This document shows, in pieces, positions 50,286-62,500 of a stretch of 64,000 bases of DNA. Under the pieces are notes generated by a model that saw only the letters and a program-made list of their open reading frames with translations, did not search any database and was not told where the DNA came from. Every line of letters begins with the position of its first letter. Position 1 is the first letter of the stretch. The translations under genes and the position numbers were made by a program. Source of the DNA: Paraphysomonas bandaiensis (lineage: Eukaryota; Protista; Chrysophyceae); the NCBI GenBank assembly GCA_965644295.1, contig CBFFRP010000433.1:1-64000 (forward strand), in the 5' to 3' direction.

Positions 50286-50904
50286 TGTATGTATGTATGT
50301 ATGTATGTATGTATGTATGTATGTATGTATGTATGTATGTATGTATGTATGTATGTATGTATGTATGTATGTATGTATGTATGTATGTATGTATGTATGT
50401 ATGTATGTATGTATGTATGTATGTATGTATGTATGTATGTATGTATGTATGTATGTATGTATGTATGTATGTATGTATGTATGTATGTATGTATGTATGT
50501 ATGTATGTATGTATGTATGTATGTATGTATGTATGTATGTATGTATGTATGTATGTATGTATGTATGTATGTATGTATGTATGTATGTATGTATGTATGT
50601 ATGTATGTATGTATGTATGTATGTATGTTGTATGTATGTATGTATGTATGTATGTATGTATGTATGTATGTATGTATGTATGTATGTATGTATGTATGTA
50701 TGTATGTATGTATGTATGTATGTATGTATGTATGTATGTATGTATGTATGTATGTATGTATGTATGTATGTATGTATGTATGTATGTATGTATGTATGTA
50801 TGTATGTATGTATGTATGTATGTATGTATGTATGTATGTATGTATGTATGTATGTATGTATGTATGTATGTATGTATGTATGTATGTATGTATGTATATG
50901 TATG
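50286..50904 (+). repeat. (TATG)n microsatellite, about 150 units, one internal slip near 50629
   Basis: Directly visible; no transposon TIR adjacent. Confidence 0.98.
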
Positions 50905-51031
50905 TTTCTATCCACAGGCTTGTGTAGTTCTAGAGTTTATAACAGTTGAATTTAGGTGAACAATAAGCCCATATATCAATCCTCTATAGTTTATCTCATA
51001 AAGATACATCACATCACAAACATTTATCACA

Positions 51032-51399
51032 ATGGTTTGTATATTATAATTATTATATTCAATTATTAATTCATTCTTATTATAGCCATCCAGTCGACAA
51101 ACCAGACTACGAAGCGAAAAATATAATAAAAATATTACTAAACGTGGCAATGTACCTATTGGTGTTGCAGCGGTATTATTATCAGACATATAACTAATAC
51201 AATCCATCATCTAATTTATTATGTTATAATAGAGACGTGATCAAGGTTATACTGTTGGGCCTGTACTATTGGCTTTTATGATATTCGTTGTCATTGGAAG
51301 GTACAACTTTCTTTGTAAATGATAGTAATTTCCTGATTCATATTATGCAGTACTGTGTTCCAGATTATTCGTAATAGTCAAGCTGGACCTATATTCTAA
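51032..51399 (+). CDS. SERP1: RAMP4/SERP1 ribosome-associated membrane protein (4 coding exons, first is ATG only)
   Basis: Spliced product is M|PSSRQTRLRSEKYNKNITKRGNVP...VGPVLLAFMIFVVIGSTVFQII. Confidence 0.88.
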
Positions 51400-52188
51400 T
51401 AATACTTCAATGAAGGCATAAACTTACACGGGCAGCAATAGTTAGATACTGGAAGCGTGCTATACGCACAATGTTCGTATTGCTCGTCGTGAGGGAACTG
51501 TATTCGTATTATTATTCTAACACTTAATATATTGCAAAGCAGTCGTAAAGAGAGCTCTCCTTTTCTGTTTTCAACCATTTCCCTTTACACGACAGTGTAG
51601 CTAGTAGACAGGGTATTACCTACGTCGAAAGCTGTAGATGGCCTATGGACACAGAGATTATTGCTCTATATATCTATGTATACGTAGCAATTAATTGACG
51701 CAGATTGTAGTCAATTCTAATAGCTTTTATTACTTGTTGTCTCAAGTGAATTGCAATTGCACCTAAACTACGTACTCAGTACTCAAGTAGCAATACGTTA
51801 GCTGACAACATAGCTCGCTCAACTGTAGCTCAAAATGTTGAGCAAATTAGTCATAAAGTCAACACAGAATGATTTTTATACTAACTTGCCAGCGTCAAAT
51901 TCTGGTATTTTCTCTCACAATTTCAATAATTGGCAAGTAATTGATACGCAGACCTGATGAAGTAGTAGAGTTGTATGCCGTAACGGGAGAGATAGCTGTA
52001 GATTGCAAACGTGATGCTACTATTTGCTCATCTAACAAATAATCCACCTCAGAAAACGAGTTCGTCGCATATATCGTTGTACATCTGAAAAGAACAGTAC
52101 ACTTCACAATATACTACGAGCTACATTATTAAGCTAATAAAGATCAATAACAGAGAGTGACCAGACAATCAAATTCAAAAATAACATA

Positions 52189-54684
52189 CTAAATTTTTGG
52201 CCTCATTTCATCCTGCAAATATCGCACATGTCCAATAGCCTCGAGCTTTACGGCTTTCTGAAGAACCTCCTCCTCTTGATTATTGAGGTGGTCGTCTACT
52301 TTGACTCGAATGGCCGAGTCCTGGGCACCAATAATACGAGCCGCTAGCAGTCCTGCGTTAGCAGCATTTCCTGCAATGAAAAGCATCAGCCACGTCACAC
52401 GACAGTGAAATTTACGGAATGCTAATCAAGCTAATACTACACTCTGTACAGACCTATTGCTACAGTTGCAACTGGTACACCCTTAGGCATCTGGACTATA
52501 GAGAGGAGAGAATCGTTTCCGTTGAGCGTAGAAGTCTTTATCGGTACCCCAACAACGGGAAGTGGAGTTAGAGCTGCTACCATGCCAGGTAGATGTGCTG
52601 CTCCACCTGCTCCAGCAATTATGACCTGTGTAGCTTTCAGCACGTGCAACACAACATACTCGCTATGTCCACACACCTGAAGACCACGCTCAGCAGCGGA
52701 CTGGGCGTATGAATACATCCTGTTCGGTGTGCGGTGAGCAGAAATAATTGTTAACTCATAGGGGATTTCCAATTTCTCCAGAATTTCAGCTGCTTGTACC
52801 ATTGTGGGGAGGTCGGAGTCACTGCCCTGTTTCCAGCACACAACTGAGAATTCAGAGCAATAGAATAAAAAAATTCTACCATAATTATTCCAACTCGGGG
52901 CTGTGCAGAGTCTGCTACCAGGATTCCATGCCGAGATCTGCAATGCAACATGATCCACATAACGTATCACCATATCATCTTCTTTGGCACCCTATCCCGT
53001 ACCTGTCTACTCCAATAGCATCTGCAATACTGACCATCTCGCTTTCAGAATTTGCGGTGATCGTAACGTGGCCCATTTTTCTTCCCTTTCTGCATAGGTT
53101 TTTTCCGTACCAGTGTACACCTACACCAGATACTGACATAGAATTACGGAACACCTTCATTGTTTCCTCTTCTGACTGCTTGCCTTGGGAATAAGCCGTT
53201 AAGAGAATAAACACTCTAGAACAGAATGTCAGTCCTTACCTATGATGTTTACCATCATAGCACAAGGAACCCTCATGACAGGTCTAGGGCATGGAAGACC
53301 AAGTACAGCCCTTATGTGCATTTCGAACTGATCCACGGAGCATGACTCGATAGTGTAGTGGCCAGAGTTATGTGGCCTAGTAACAGATCACGTGAAGAAA
53401 ATTAAATCCCATTATATCAATTCACCTTGGAGCAATTTCGTTGAGAAGAACTGTCCCATCTTGAAGCAAAAACATTTCCACTCCGAATATTCCACGACCT
53501 TTTAAAGTACCAACTGCCTGTCTAGCTAGAGCTTCAGCTGCTTCAGCTACTGCACATGATACCGCTGCCGGATACATCACCACATCACATATACTATTAT
53601 CCTGAACAAACAAGCATCATAATGTCTCGAAAGAAACACAACTGTTAAAATATCAACCTGAACTGTTTCCACTACCGGGTAGCAAAATATATCATCATCG
53701 TCGCTTTCCATACTCTTGCATCGCACCACCATCACTGCCAACTCCTTTACGAATGGAACAAATCGTTCTGCATACAATTCTTTCCCTATTTTTTATCAGC
53801 CACATGAGATTAACACATATATGACCATTAACATACCCAAAAGGTCAAAGCACTCCTCGATGTCATCAGCAGACTTCACAACAATGTTCCCCTTTCCGTC
53901 GTAAGCTAACAGAGCGTTCTTCAGAACGAAAGGGTATCCGTAGCTATACCCAACATCTATGCAATCATCGACGCTCCGCACCTCTTTGAAGTCAGGTAAT
54001 GCAATACCATGACTTTGTAGATGAACTTTTTGTTGGTACTTATTCTACAAACCACATAAGCTCACAATACCTGAATCTTTACACTTACTTGAATAATGCG
54101 GAACGTGGAAGGGTGGGGCTCTACAGTGTGTCCGCTTTCTTCCAATTCTTGCAACGCCTCCCAATCGACATGCTCTATCTCCGCCGTAATAACATCACAT
54201 ACTGCGGATAGTTCTCTGTCGTAACAGTTATACCAGTAGCATGTCTCACCATCCCACTCACTTTATCTTATGTGCATTTGTAAAGCTGCCTTCTATAGAT
54301 AGCTCAGATAATTGTCCAGCAGGAGATGCCGACCCCCCTGTGTATATACGACATATGTATATATGAGATATCTTATATCTATCGCAACATCTGATACAGT
54401 CAGGTCCTTTACAAATCTATATGTACATATACATACAGGGTACATATAGGTCGATGTGTACATATATATATGCATGTTTATACGCATATGTATATATACA
54501 TGTATAGATATATATACAGGTCCATTAATAGGTCTATGTATGTATATATACGTATGTATGTGTATGTATTTAGAGGTGTACCTGGATCTAGTATAGCAAG
54601 TTTAACCCCTATACGATGACCTGCTGCAGCCATCATACGACCCAGTTGACCTCCTCCAAGTACTCCAACAGTACGGTAATCCAT
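52189..54684 (-). CDS. ADE2: Phosphoribosylaminoimidazole carboxylase (PurK-PurE fusion), multi-exon
   Basis: [59 protein letters not shown] and [11 protein letters not shown]. Confidence 0.96.
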
Positions 54685-54950
54685 TTTGCAAGAAAATGTG
54701 GCTATTGTTTAATTTATATATATATATATGGTATATATGCACCATTACATAGCAATACATAGTGCTGTAGATTGCTATGAACTCTGTATGTACAGCAGGC
54801 TCGACTGAGTTGGACAAAATAGTGTATGAAAAAAGAAAAAAAGCCAAACTTTGTGTTTTAGATTTGCTTAATACCCACTTTTTGTGGGGTTAAAATACTG
54901 TAGAAAATGGGGATTTAGTAGGCTGGGATTTCTGTCTATGGGAATACTGT

Positions 54951-55094
54951 AAGTCGATCCAGCGGAATATGTCGATCCAGCAAAAAAATCCAGGCTTTTT
55001 TGATGTATGTTGTTTTTTGACGAATATATTTCAGAGAAATAACGACAAAAGGTCGATTTTTTTGTTGGATCGACATATTCCGCTGGATCGACTT
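54951..55094. mobile_element. MITE-like inverted repeat
   Basis: AAGTCGATCCAGCGGAATATGTCGATCCAGCAAAAAAATC pairs with GATTTTTTTGTTGGATCGACATATTCCGCTGGATCGACTT. Confidence 0.75.
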
Positions 55095-55387
55095 TTTCCC
55101 ACAAACGGATTTCACATACAACTTCACAGCAATCCCTAGAATCGATTATCATTTATTGATGTTAAAATACTCTTTTTTCCCTAATATCATACCCAAAACT
55201 TATGGAATTTACAAAAAAATATGGAGTTTCTATTTAGAACATTGATGATATCCTTCAACACAATGTCGTACAACAAGAACAGCACGTACATGTATGTATA
55301 TGTACATGTATATATAGAGAGAGAGACAAGCCTATTAACAGACTTGTTACAATACATACACACTGAACTCCTATTCAATTTATAACT

Positions 55388-56242
55388 ATGATATATATAT
55401 ATATTCAACTACTACATCTCTTTATCACTCTTCAATATATTCATAGTACCGTCATTGAATCTGATAATAATGGATTCTATTACTATCATGTAGAACCTGA
55501 TCACAGGAAGTGTATATCTCCATTATGTGGAGGATACTGGGTATCACGTGTAAATAAACAGAGTACTATCTGTCATGATCATACTAAATCTTCCCGATGT
55601 TATGTAGCTGATATAGATGGTTTTAATGGTGAGAGTGGGGTTGTAAAAGCTACTATGACTGTGAAATCATATGAGGAACATGGGAAACTAGGATACATGC
55701 ATGCTTTGGAGAGTTGGTCACGTGCTGAAGGTTCAGTATTGATGGATAGCTCCAATTTTTATATGATTCAAGATTCGGGCATTCGCTGTGTCACCTATCC
55801 GTGTTTTAATATCGACGAAATATGGTTGAACCACGGTACTGTGGAGAAATTATCAGGGGTGGGAGGAGTGCACGGCGAGCGTGTGTTATCTTTAATATCA
55901 GAAACACCAAATTCTAATGTTCTGATTGCCGGGCGCAATAAGGTGGAAAGTATTGATGGTACCAATGCACTCTCTGTGGATGTGGATGCTCTATATCTCC
56001 CCTCTGTAGAGTGTCAGAACGACGACGAGTGCACTGTCACACCCTACCATACGTTTGTATCTTCATCAGAAGACTGTTACTGCGTAATGTGCCCTACCTT
56101 TGTTACGTCTCTCTCAATTGCTCAGGCGAATGCAGACTCCTGGGATACCCATTGCGATCATAATACAATGCAGTGCCGCGCGGTCAGATGCCGCTCACCC
56201 CCCTCTCCATTGTGCTCGAAGGCTTCTAAGTGTGTTGAATGA
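55388..56242 (+). CDS. Secreted Cys-rich protein, DUF6748-like, intronless
   Basis: Signal-like N-terminus. D.RKCISPLCGGYWV.RVN...C...CYVADID and DSGIRCVTYPC resemble a myxobacterial-type domain from recall. Confidence 0.65.
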   Translation: MIYIYIQLLHLFITLQYIHSTVIESDNNGFYYYHVEPDHRKCISPLCGGYWVSRVNKQSTICHDHTKSSRCYVADIDGFNGESGVVKATMTVKSYEEHGKLGYMHALESWSRAEGSVLMDSSNFYMIQDSGIRCVTYPCFNIDEIWLNHGTVEKLSGVGGVHGERVLSLISETPNSNVLIAGRNKVESIDGTNALSVDVDALYLPSVECQNDDECTVTPYHTFVSSSEDCYCVMCPTFVTSLSIAQANADSWDTHCDHNTMQCRAVRCRSPPSPLCSKASKCVE

Positions 56243-57666
56243 CACTCATAATTACCATTATTTGTATAATATTTGCATTGGCTGTGTGTTGTTTAGAAAT
56301 AAGCTTTTGACTCGGAACTTAACCACGCATACTGCCACATTTTGAGTTGTACATTTAAAGTGTTCGGGCTGGAGCTACGTATGCAGTTTTGCTATTGATC
56401 GAGAGCACTCGTTACCATGTAACACATAAGAATTACGCTACAATATATTCAGCTTCTATGCTTATATTATTTCGACTAGGTGCCTTATATTACATTGAGG
56501 TGATTCAGAATCCTGAATATCTGGTGCTACTTCATCTGATAAAAAACGTGGAAACGCTAGAGTATATCATAAATCTATTAATCTATGAATTAGTTTCCGC
56601 TTAGCTGCTGCAGATTATGCAATTGTCAAGGTACTGCACATTTGACTAATCGTATACTAATGAGCACATTCATGCGTTGCTTAATAATCACAATTCCATC
56701 AAATCTTTGTCAAAATTTGAAATAATCATAATTCAGAATTTGTCATATTAAGTGTCTCTCTAGTAATTAATATTCGGAGAGTAATTCGTAGTAATAATTA
56801 CGATATATTACTCGCTAAATAACACACACTTAATGTTTACAGCAAAGCTTTAAATAAAATTACTTTTTCAGCACTATAGTATGCAGCCTTGTGGAGTATG
56901 AAGGCCGCCTGTGTAGGATAGCGAAGGTAAGTCTTGATTCGCATATACCTCTTCATCACAGTCTCCTTTCAAGCCTATCTACTTTTTTCATATTAGCCTA
57001 AAAGACATCATAGAAGATTCACTTCTGGTATGGTCCTCATCTTCATGTACATAGGCATCTCCTGTCCTAGTATTAGGATTATCTGTTCATCCCTCATTCG
57101 CAATAAAGGAAATAGGTGAAAGAATTATTCTAGTGCATGTTTGAAGCAGCATAGAGGTCATCTATCTAGAGTCTAGAGATCTAGAGTATTATATATAAAC
57201 TCTGGAACTGTGTTATTTCTGGCCCAGGGATGTAAAAAATAGCCTACCATTTTCTACAGGATTTTCCATATGTGATAGCACACAATAACCTGTCGATCTG
57301 ATTCCTAACTGCTGTCGGTAGTGTAAATGGTACTATATATATAGTAAAATGGAGCTCACTGCAAGTGACATTAGTGATGATGGGTCTCTCTGTGAGGAGC
57401 TTGATGAGAATCTTATCGACACAAACATCAAGGAGTATTTAAGATCTCAGCAAACTATACTGAACCATTTTGCAATCTTTAGTATGATGAAGAACAACCG
57501 AATTCACCCTTTAAAGTATCATCTGAAAAAGTACAACAAATAGATTGCTGAGATGATAAGTACTCCTTGCTCCTTGCTGTTTGTGTCTGTAAGATTCTTA
57601 TCGCTCAACAAGCTCGTCACGAGATACTATCCTGCATATCTATTGGACAAATAGAAGGTCTTCAGC

Positions 57667-57785
57667 ATGGACGGTCATACAATGCAAACCGCACCCGCTC
57701 TCGTTCCGCTCGCGGAAGTTAAGTTGCATCTGGCCCGGTTAGTAGTACGGTGGGTGACCACGTGCGAAGTCCGGGTACTGTCCGT
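57667..57785 (+). rRNA. 5S rRNA (single dispersed copy)
   Basis: 119 nt with helix I pairing ATGGACGG/CTGTCCGT, conserved GGTCATAC, GAAGTTAAG and TTAGTAGTACGGTGGGTGACC, followed by a T5 Pol III terminator. Confidence 0.93.
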
Positions 57786-58190
57786 TTTTGAACGACTGAG
57801 TATGCACTTTTTTTATGCGGCTTTGGATAAAATTTCGGCGTTCTCAAAAAAACGACCAGCAGTATTTGGAGTGTTATACCAACCGGCCAAAACCGACCTG
57901 GCCGATGGGGCCGAACTCCAAAACCCGGCCTTCTCGGCTTTGTATCTTCTCAATGAACGGGTTACATAATTTTAAACGGGTAGATCACTGTACAGTATCA
58001 GTCATAGATATGAAGAGACACACCAGTCTATACATATATAAAGCGATACGAAGATAGTACGTAAATAAGTACTATGAGAATAGTTGCAAGTACATACATA
58101 CATGTATATATCATAGCCAACTGCATCAATATGATCCACTCCATTACATACATACATATATATATACATACATCACATTATATATTACTA

Positions 58191-58709
58191 ATGCAATCCT
58201 CTAGTGATATGATTATAACAAATGAAGCACGTGTTGGACGATTAAAACAACGTTATACCAATACAGTTATTAATGGTAATACTATACAAACACGACAAGT
58301 TGTAGGAACAGTTCCATATCAAATAAACGCACATGGTACTATAAATATATTATTAATTAATTCAAGAAAACATCCAAATGAATGGATGTTACCTAAAGGT
58401 GGATGGGAAACAGATGAAACAATTGAACAATGTGCTGAACGTGAAACATGGGAAGAAGCAGGATGTTTAGGTGTATTACAAACAACATTAGCATCTGAAC
58501 TTGTAGAAGGTGGAAAAGAATATCAATGGCATACTTATATGAGCTTAGCTATTGGGGAATGTAAAGATGATTGGCCTGAAATGAGTGATCGGAGCCGTAA
58601 ATTCTTTAGCGCAAATGATGTTAGAAGTATGCTATCAGCACAAGGCAGACGGAAAGACAGATTCGTGCAGCTTAAAGCTGTCGATCACCTTTTAAAGATT
58701 TTGTTGTAG
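58191..58709 (+). CDS. Nudix hydrolase (DIPP/NUDT3-like)
   Basis: ARVGRLKQRY, WMLPKGGWETDE and Nudix box CAERETWEEAG. Confidence 0.9.
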   Translation: MQSSSDMIITNEARVGRLKQRYTNTVINGNTIQTRQVVGTVPYQINAHGTINILLINSRKHPNEWMLPKGGWETDETIEQCAERETWEEAGCLGVLQTTLASELVEGGKEYQWHTYMSLAIGECKDDWPEMSDRSRKFFSANDVRSMLSAQGRRKDRFVQLKAVDHLLKILL

Positions 58710-59126
58710 ATTTTTCCATATTCCCACAGGGTGACCGTAGTACGTTTACCAAGCAACACATATACCAAATTTTGCACCGATTCTACGCGGCACGTGGTAT
58801 ATACTTGGTATTCTATGGAAATATATCAAATGTTTTGTGGATACTCGTTACTTTTCGTGATGCACCTACTACTGCCCTGGAATAATACGAATATCTTCGA
58901 GGGATATTATCATTGCGTCGAATTCGAAGTTGTTAAAGTAATTGATAATGACAGTTATAGTTATGTGAATATTCGGAATGAGAATCCCATTTGCATTTTT
59001 CTTGGGGTTGGAGTCCTTCTTGTGTAGAATCGAGTGGCTTTATATTGTGTGAAATTTGTGGATACATTTGTGTTCTTCTGTGTGCATTCTCTGTATGCAT
59101 GTGCTTTTTGTCTACTCACATCTACA

Positions 59127-59451
59127 TGTTGGAATACGTATGGTTCTCTAAGATAGGACTGTAGAATACGTTAAATACAATGTGAAAACAGTAATACGTA
59201 GTCAATAGTCAAAGGTGCTATATAGCTATAACTGTGAAACTGAAGTATTATATCATGACGATTCAAGATACGGAAATTGAGCAGTGGTTGACATGAACGA
59301 AATAATTTATCATGTTGTTGACATGTGTTGCATGACAACACACAACACACACAATTGTGTATACAATTATAATAAAATAATCTATCTAGGTTGACTAACT
59401 TAAACTTCTCTTACAACGATCTTAATCATCTGAAATGGTCAATTGTCGATA
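59127..59451 (+). mobile_element. Solo LTR (Copia family) with 5-bp TSD CTACA
   Basis: TGTTGGAATA...GTCGATA flanked by CTACA at 59122-59126 and 59452-59456; highly similar to 59538-59858. Confidence 0.88.
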
Positions 59452-59537
59452 CTACACTTTACGTACTACTAATTAACTGTTCATTTTGGTTGCGAACGTT
59501 GTTAGAGGCCACTACAATACGTAGATATATATTAAAC

Positions 59538-62500
59538 TGTTGGAATACGTATGGTTCTCTAAGATAGTACTGTAGAATACGTTAAATACAATGTGAAAAA
59601 CAGTAATACGTAGTCAATAGTCAAAAGGTGCTATATAGCTATAACTGTGAAACTGAAGTATTATATCATGACGATTCAAGATACGGAAGTTGAGCAGTGG
59701 TTAACATGAACGAAATAATTTATCATGTTGTTGACATGTGTTACATGACAACACACACAATTGTGTATACAATCATAATAAAGTAATCTATCTAGTTTGA
59801 CTAACTTAAACTTCTCTTACAACGATCTTAATCATCTGAAAATGGTCTTTAGTCAATATGGTAGCGAATGCGGAGGAGAGAAGGAGGATAGAGCTGATGT
59901 TCCATGGTTCGACGAGAGCAACGTTGAACAATGGATCGAAGACTTTGAGACGTTCCTTATGAGAAAGGAGCAGAGTGAGGTGGCTCTAGAAAGGCCACCA
60001 GAGGAAGAGGATTTCGGAATTCAACCCCTGAATAGTCTTGAGACCAAGTCCTACAAAGAAGCGGTGGACAAGTATTGGAAGGCGAATGCAATTGCCTACT
60101 CATACTGCAGAGAGGCGGTGAAGCGATCTCCGAAGGCGCTGCAGAAGTTTCATCTGAAGCACAAGGAGTTCAAGGCAGCTGAAGGAAGAGTTAATAAGTT
60201 CAGCGCCAGAGAGATGGTTAGCACTCTTAAATCGTGTTTTGAAGGGGGAACACAAAACAAGATTAGTGCTCTGCTTGCTCAGTTTGGATCATTCGAGATG
60301 AAGCCAGGGGAGACCGCGAAAGAGTATGTACTGCGTTTTGAGCTGCTTCTTCGTGAACTTCAGGCGCATAACCAAACGGTAACGGAAGAATCAAAAATTA
60401 GTAGGCTGAAGGAGGGAATTATCAGTGATGAATATGACGGTTTGAATTATGCCCTGTATTTAATGCCCGATGATGTACCATATGAATTGCTATCCAAACG
60501 TATCGAACAGTTCGACGACACCAAGTATGGGAGGAAAATCATAGAGAAGAAGCGCAAGAGCACGGAGGAGCTGAATCATATTGAAAAGCCTCGAAAGAAA
60601 GAGAGAGTATCTACAAAGAGGAAGTGCACTTATTGCTCGAAGAAAGGTATAATACACAATCATAATACAGAACAATGTAGGAAGAAAAAGGGGGAAACGA
60701 AGGGACAAAGACCGGGCAGTAAGGAATATACAGGATGCAGAGTATGCAAATCCAAAAACCATCGCGCGAACGAATGTCCCCGAAATTCGACTGGAAAGAC
60801 CAAGAAACCCCAGAAATCTGGGAAGGTTTTCACATTCGAGAATATCCGCAGAGGAGGAACCGAGTCTGACTCGGAGTCCGAAGCGAATATGCTTTATGAC
60901 TGTGCTGTTGATATATATGATAAAAGTGACACATGTTGTATGATTGGTACTGCTGAACACTATACATACATAGATACATGCTGTTCATCATCAATGTTCT
61001 TGATGAATGATGTGACCATGCTTGACACTCATATGAATACATCAAAGGTGATAAACGGATCTAAGAAGGGATCAGAGATTCATATCACAAGTGTGGGTTC
61101 CCGTGGAGCATGGAGAGACATAGAAATTTCAGATCAGATCAATCGATGCCTGTGCTCCGGACGTAAGCTGAACGAAATGGGCTATCGATTCACGGTGTGG
61201 TATGGGATCCAAATTTATGACTGTAATACCGGTGAGCTGGTACTGGAGGGACCCATGAAAAATGGAATGACTGCAGTTCCAACTCAGCAGCTGTTGGAGC
61301 TTCCAGATGTGTCTACACCGAGTAATTGTGAAGTAAATCTTAGCGATAGGACTGGTGAGGACGAGCTGGAACTGCTGCATAGGAGAATGGGCCATTTCAA
61401 CAAAGGGGCTCTAACGGAGGCACATAGAAGGATGTTGTTCACGGGCTCAAATCTGCAGAGGAAGCACCTATCGAAGACTGCATTAAAAAAATCTTGTCTC
61501 TGTAGCATATGTGCCAGATCAAAGATTACGAGAGTTTCGTTTCACACAAAGGAGGATACGGATGTCAAGCCGGACATATCGGCTGATGTGCAAGTATTTC
61601 TGAATACTCCCGCTCGAGGTGATGAGCGCTACGTGATCAAACTAACTCATCACCCGAGTAGGATGTTCTGGGTAAAAGGCGTAAACCAGCGTACTAAAGA
61701 AGAAGTGATTCAGTTTTTTAGAGAGGTGTTCGAAGGAGAGATTAGGCAATATAAGCTGAGAGTGGACCACTACCACGCTGATGGAGCTGGAGAACTCATA
61801 AATCAAGAACTTAGGAGCTATTTGAGATCACAAGGCTGCTACAAACATACTTGGTCTTCAACAGATAGTCCGGAAATGAATGCAGTAGAGGAGCGAAAAT
61901 TCAGGACTGCATCAGAGATGGCGTTGGCGATGTTGTTGCAGTCAGGCCTACCGGTTCCATTCTGGTTAGACGCGTATCATGCTGCTCGCTATACACTGAT
62001 CAGACTCCCTACAAGGACGGACAGAGGATACATGTCCCCATATGAGTATGTCACGGGTCAGCCACCCAGTTTGAAATATTTTAGAGTATGGGGGTGCAAA
62101 ACTTATATATTGACACCTAAGGCGGACAGGCGAAAGGACTGGGACGATAAATCAAAGATTGGATACCTAGTGGGATATTCGGAAGATAAAGTTGGATACC
62201 AGGTGTATCTCCCAGCAACCGATAAGGTAATTACGTGTGTACACATACTCACAGATGAGAGTATACCTTCCCGCACCGAAGAATATTACGCAGAAATCGA
62301 CGCTCTTCGAGTACGAACAGCACCTAGACCAAAGACGGTGAATGATTATCAGCATCTCGTGAAGACTTTTCACATAGACGATGAAGACGGGCTGTTGTAC
62401 AAGACCACCAGAGTGGTAGAAAGAAAGGGTGTCATTGTTGGTTATCGGTCACTTGTAACTGCGGGGAGAACCCACATTGAGCAGAAGGTACCCATACATA

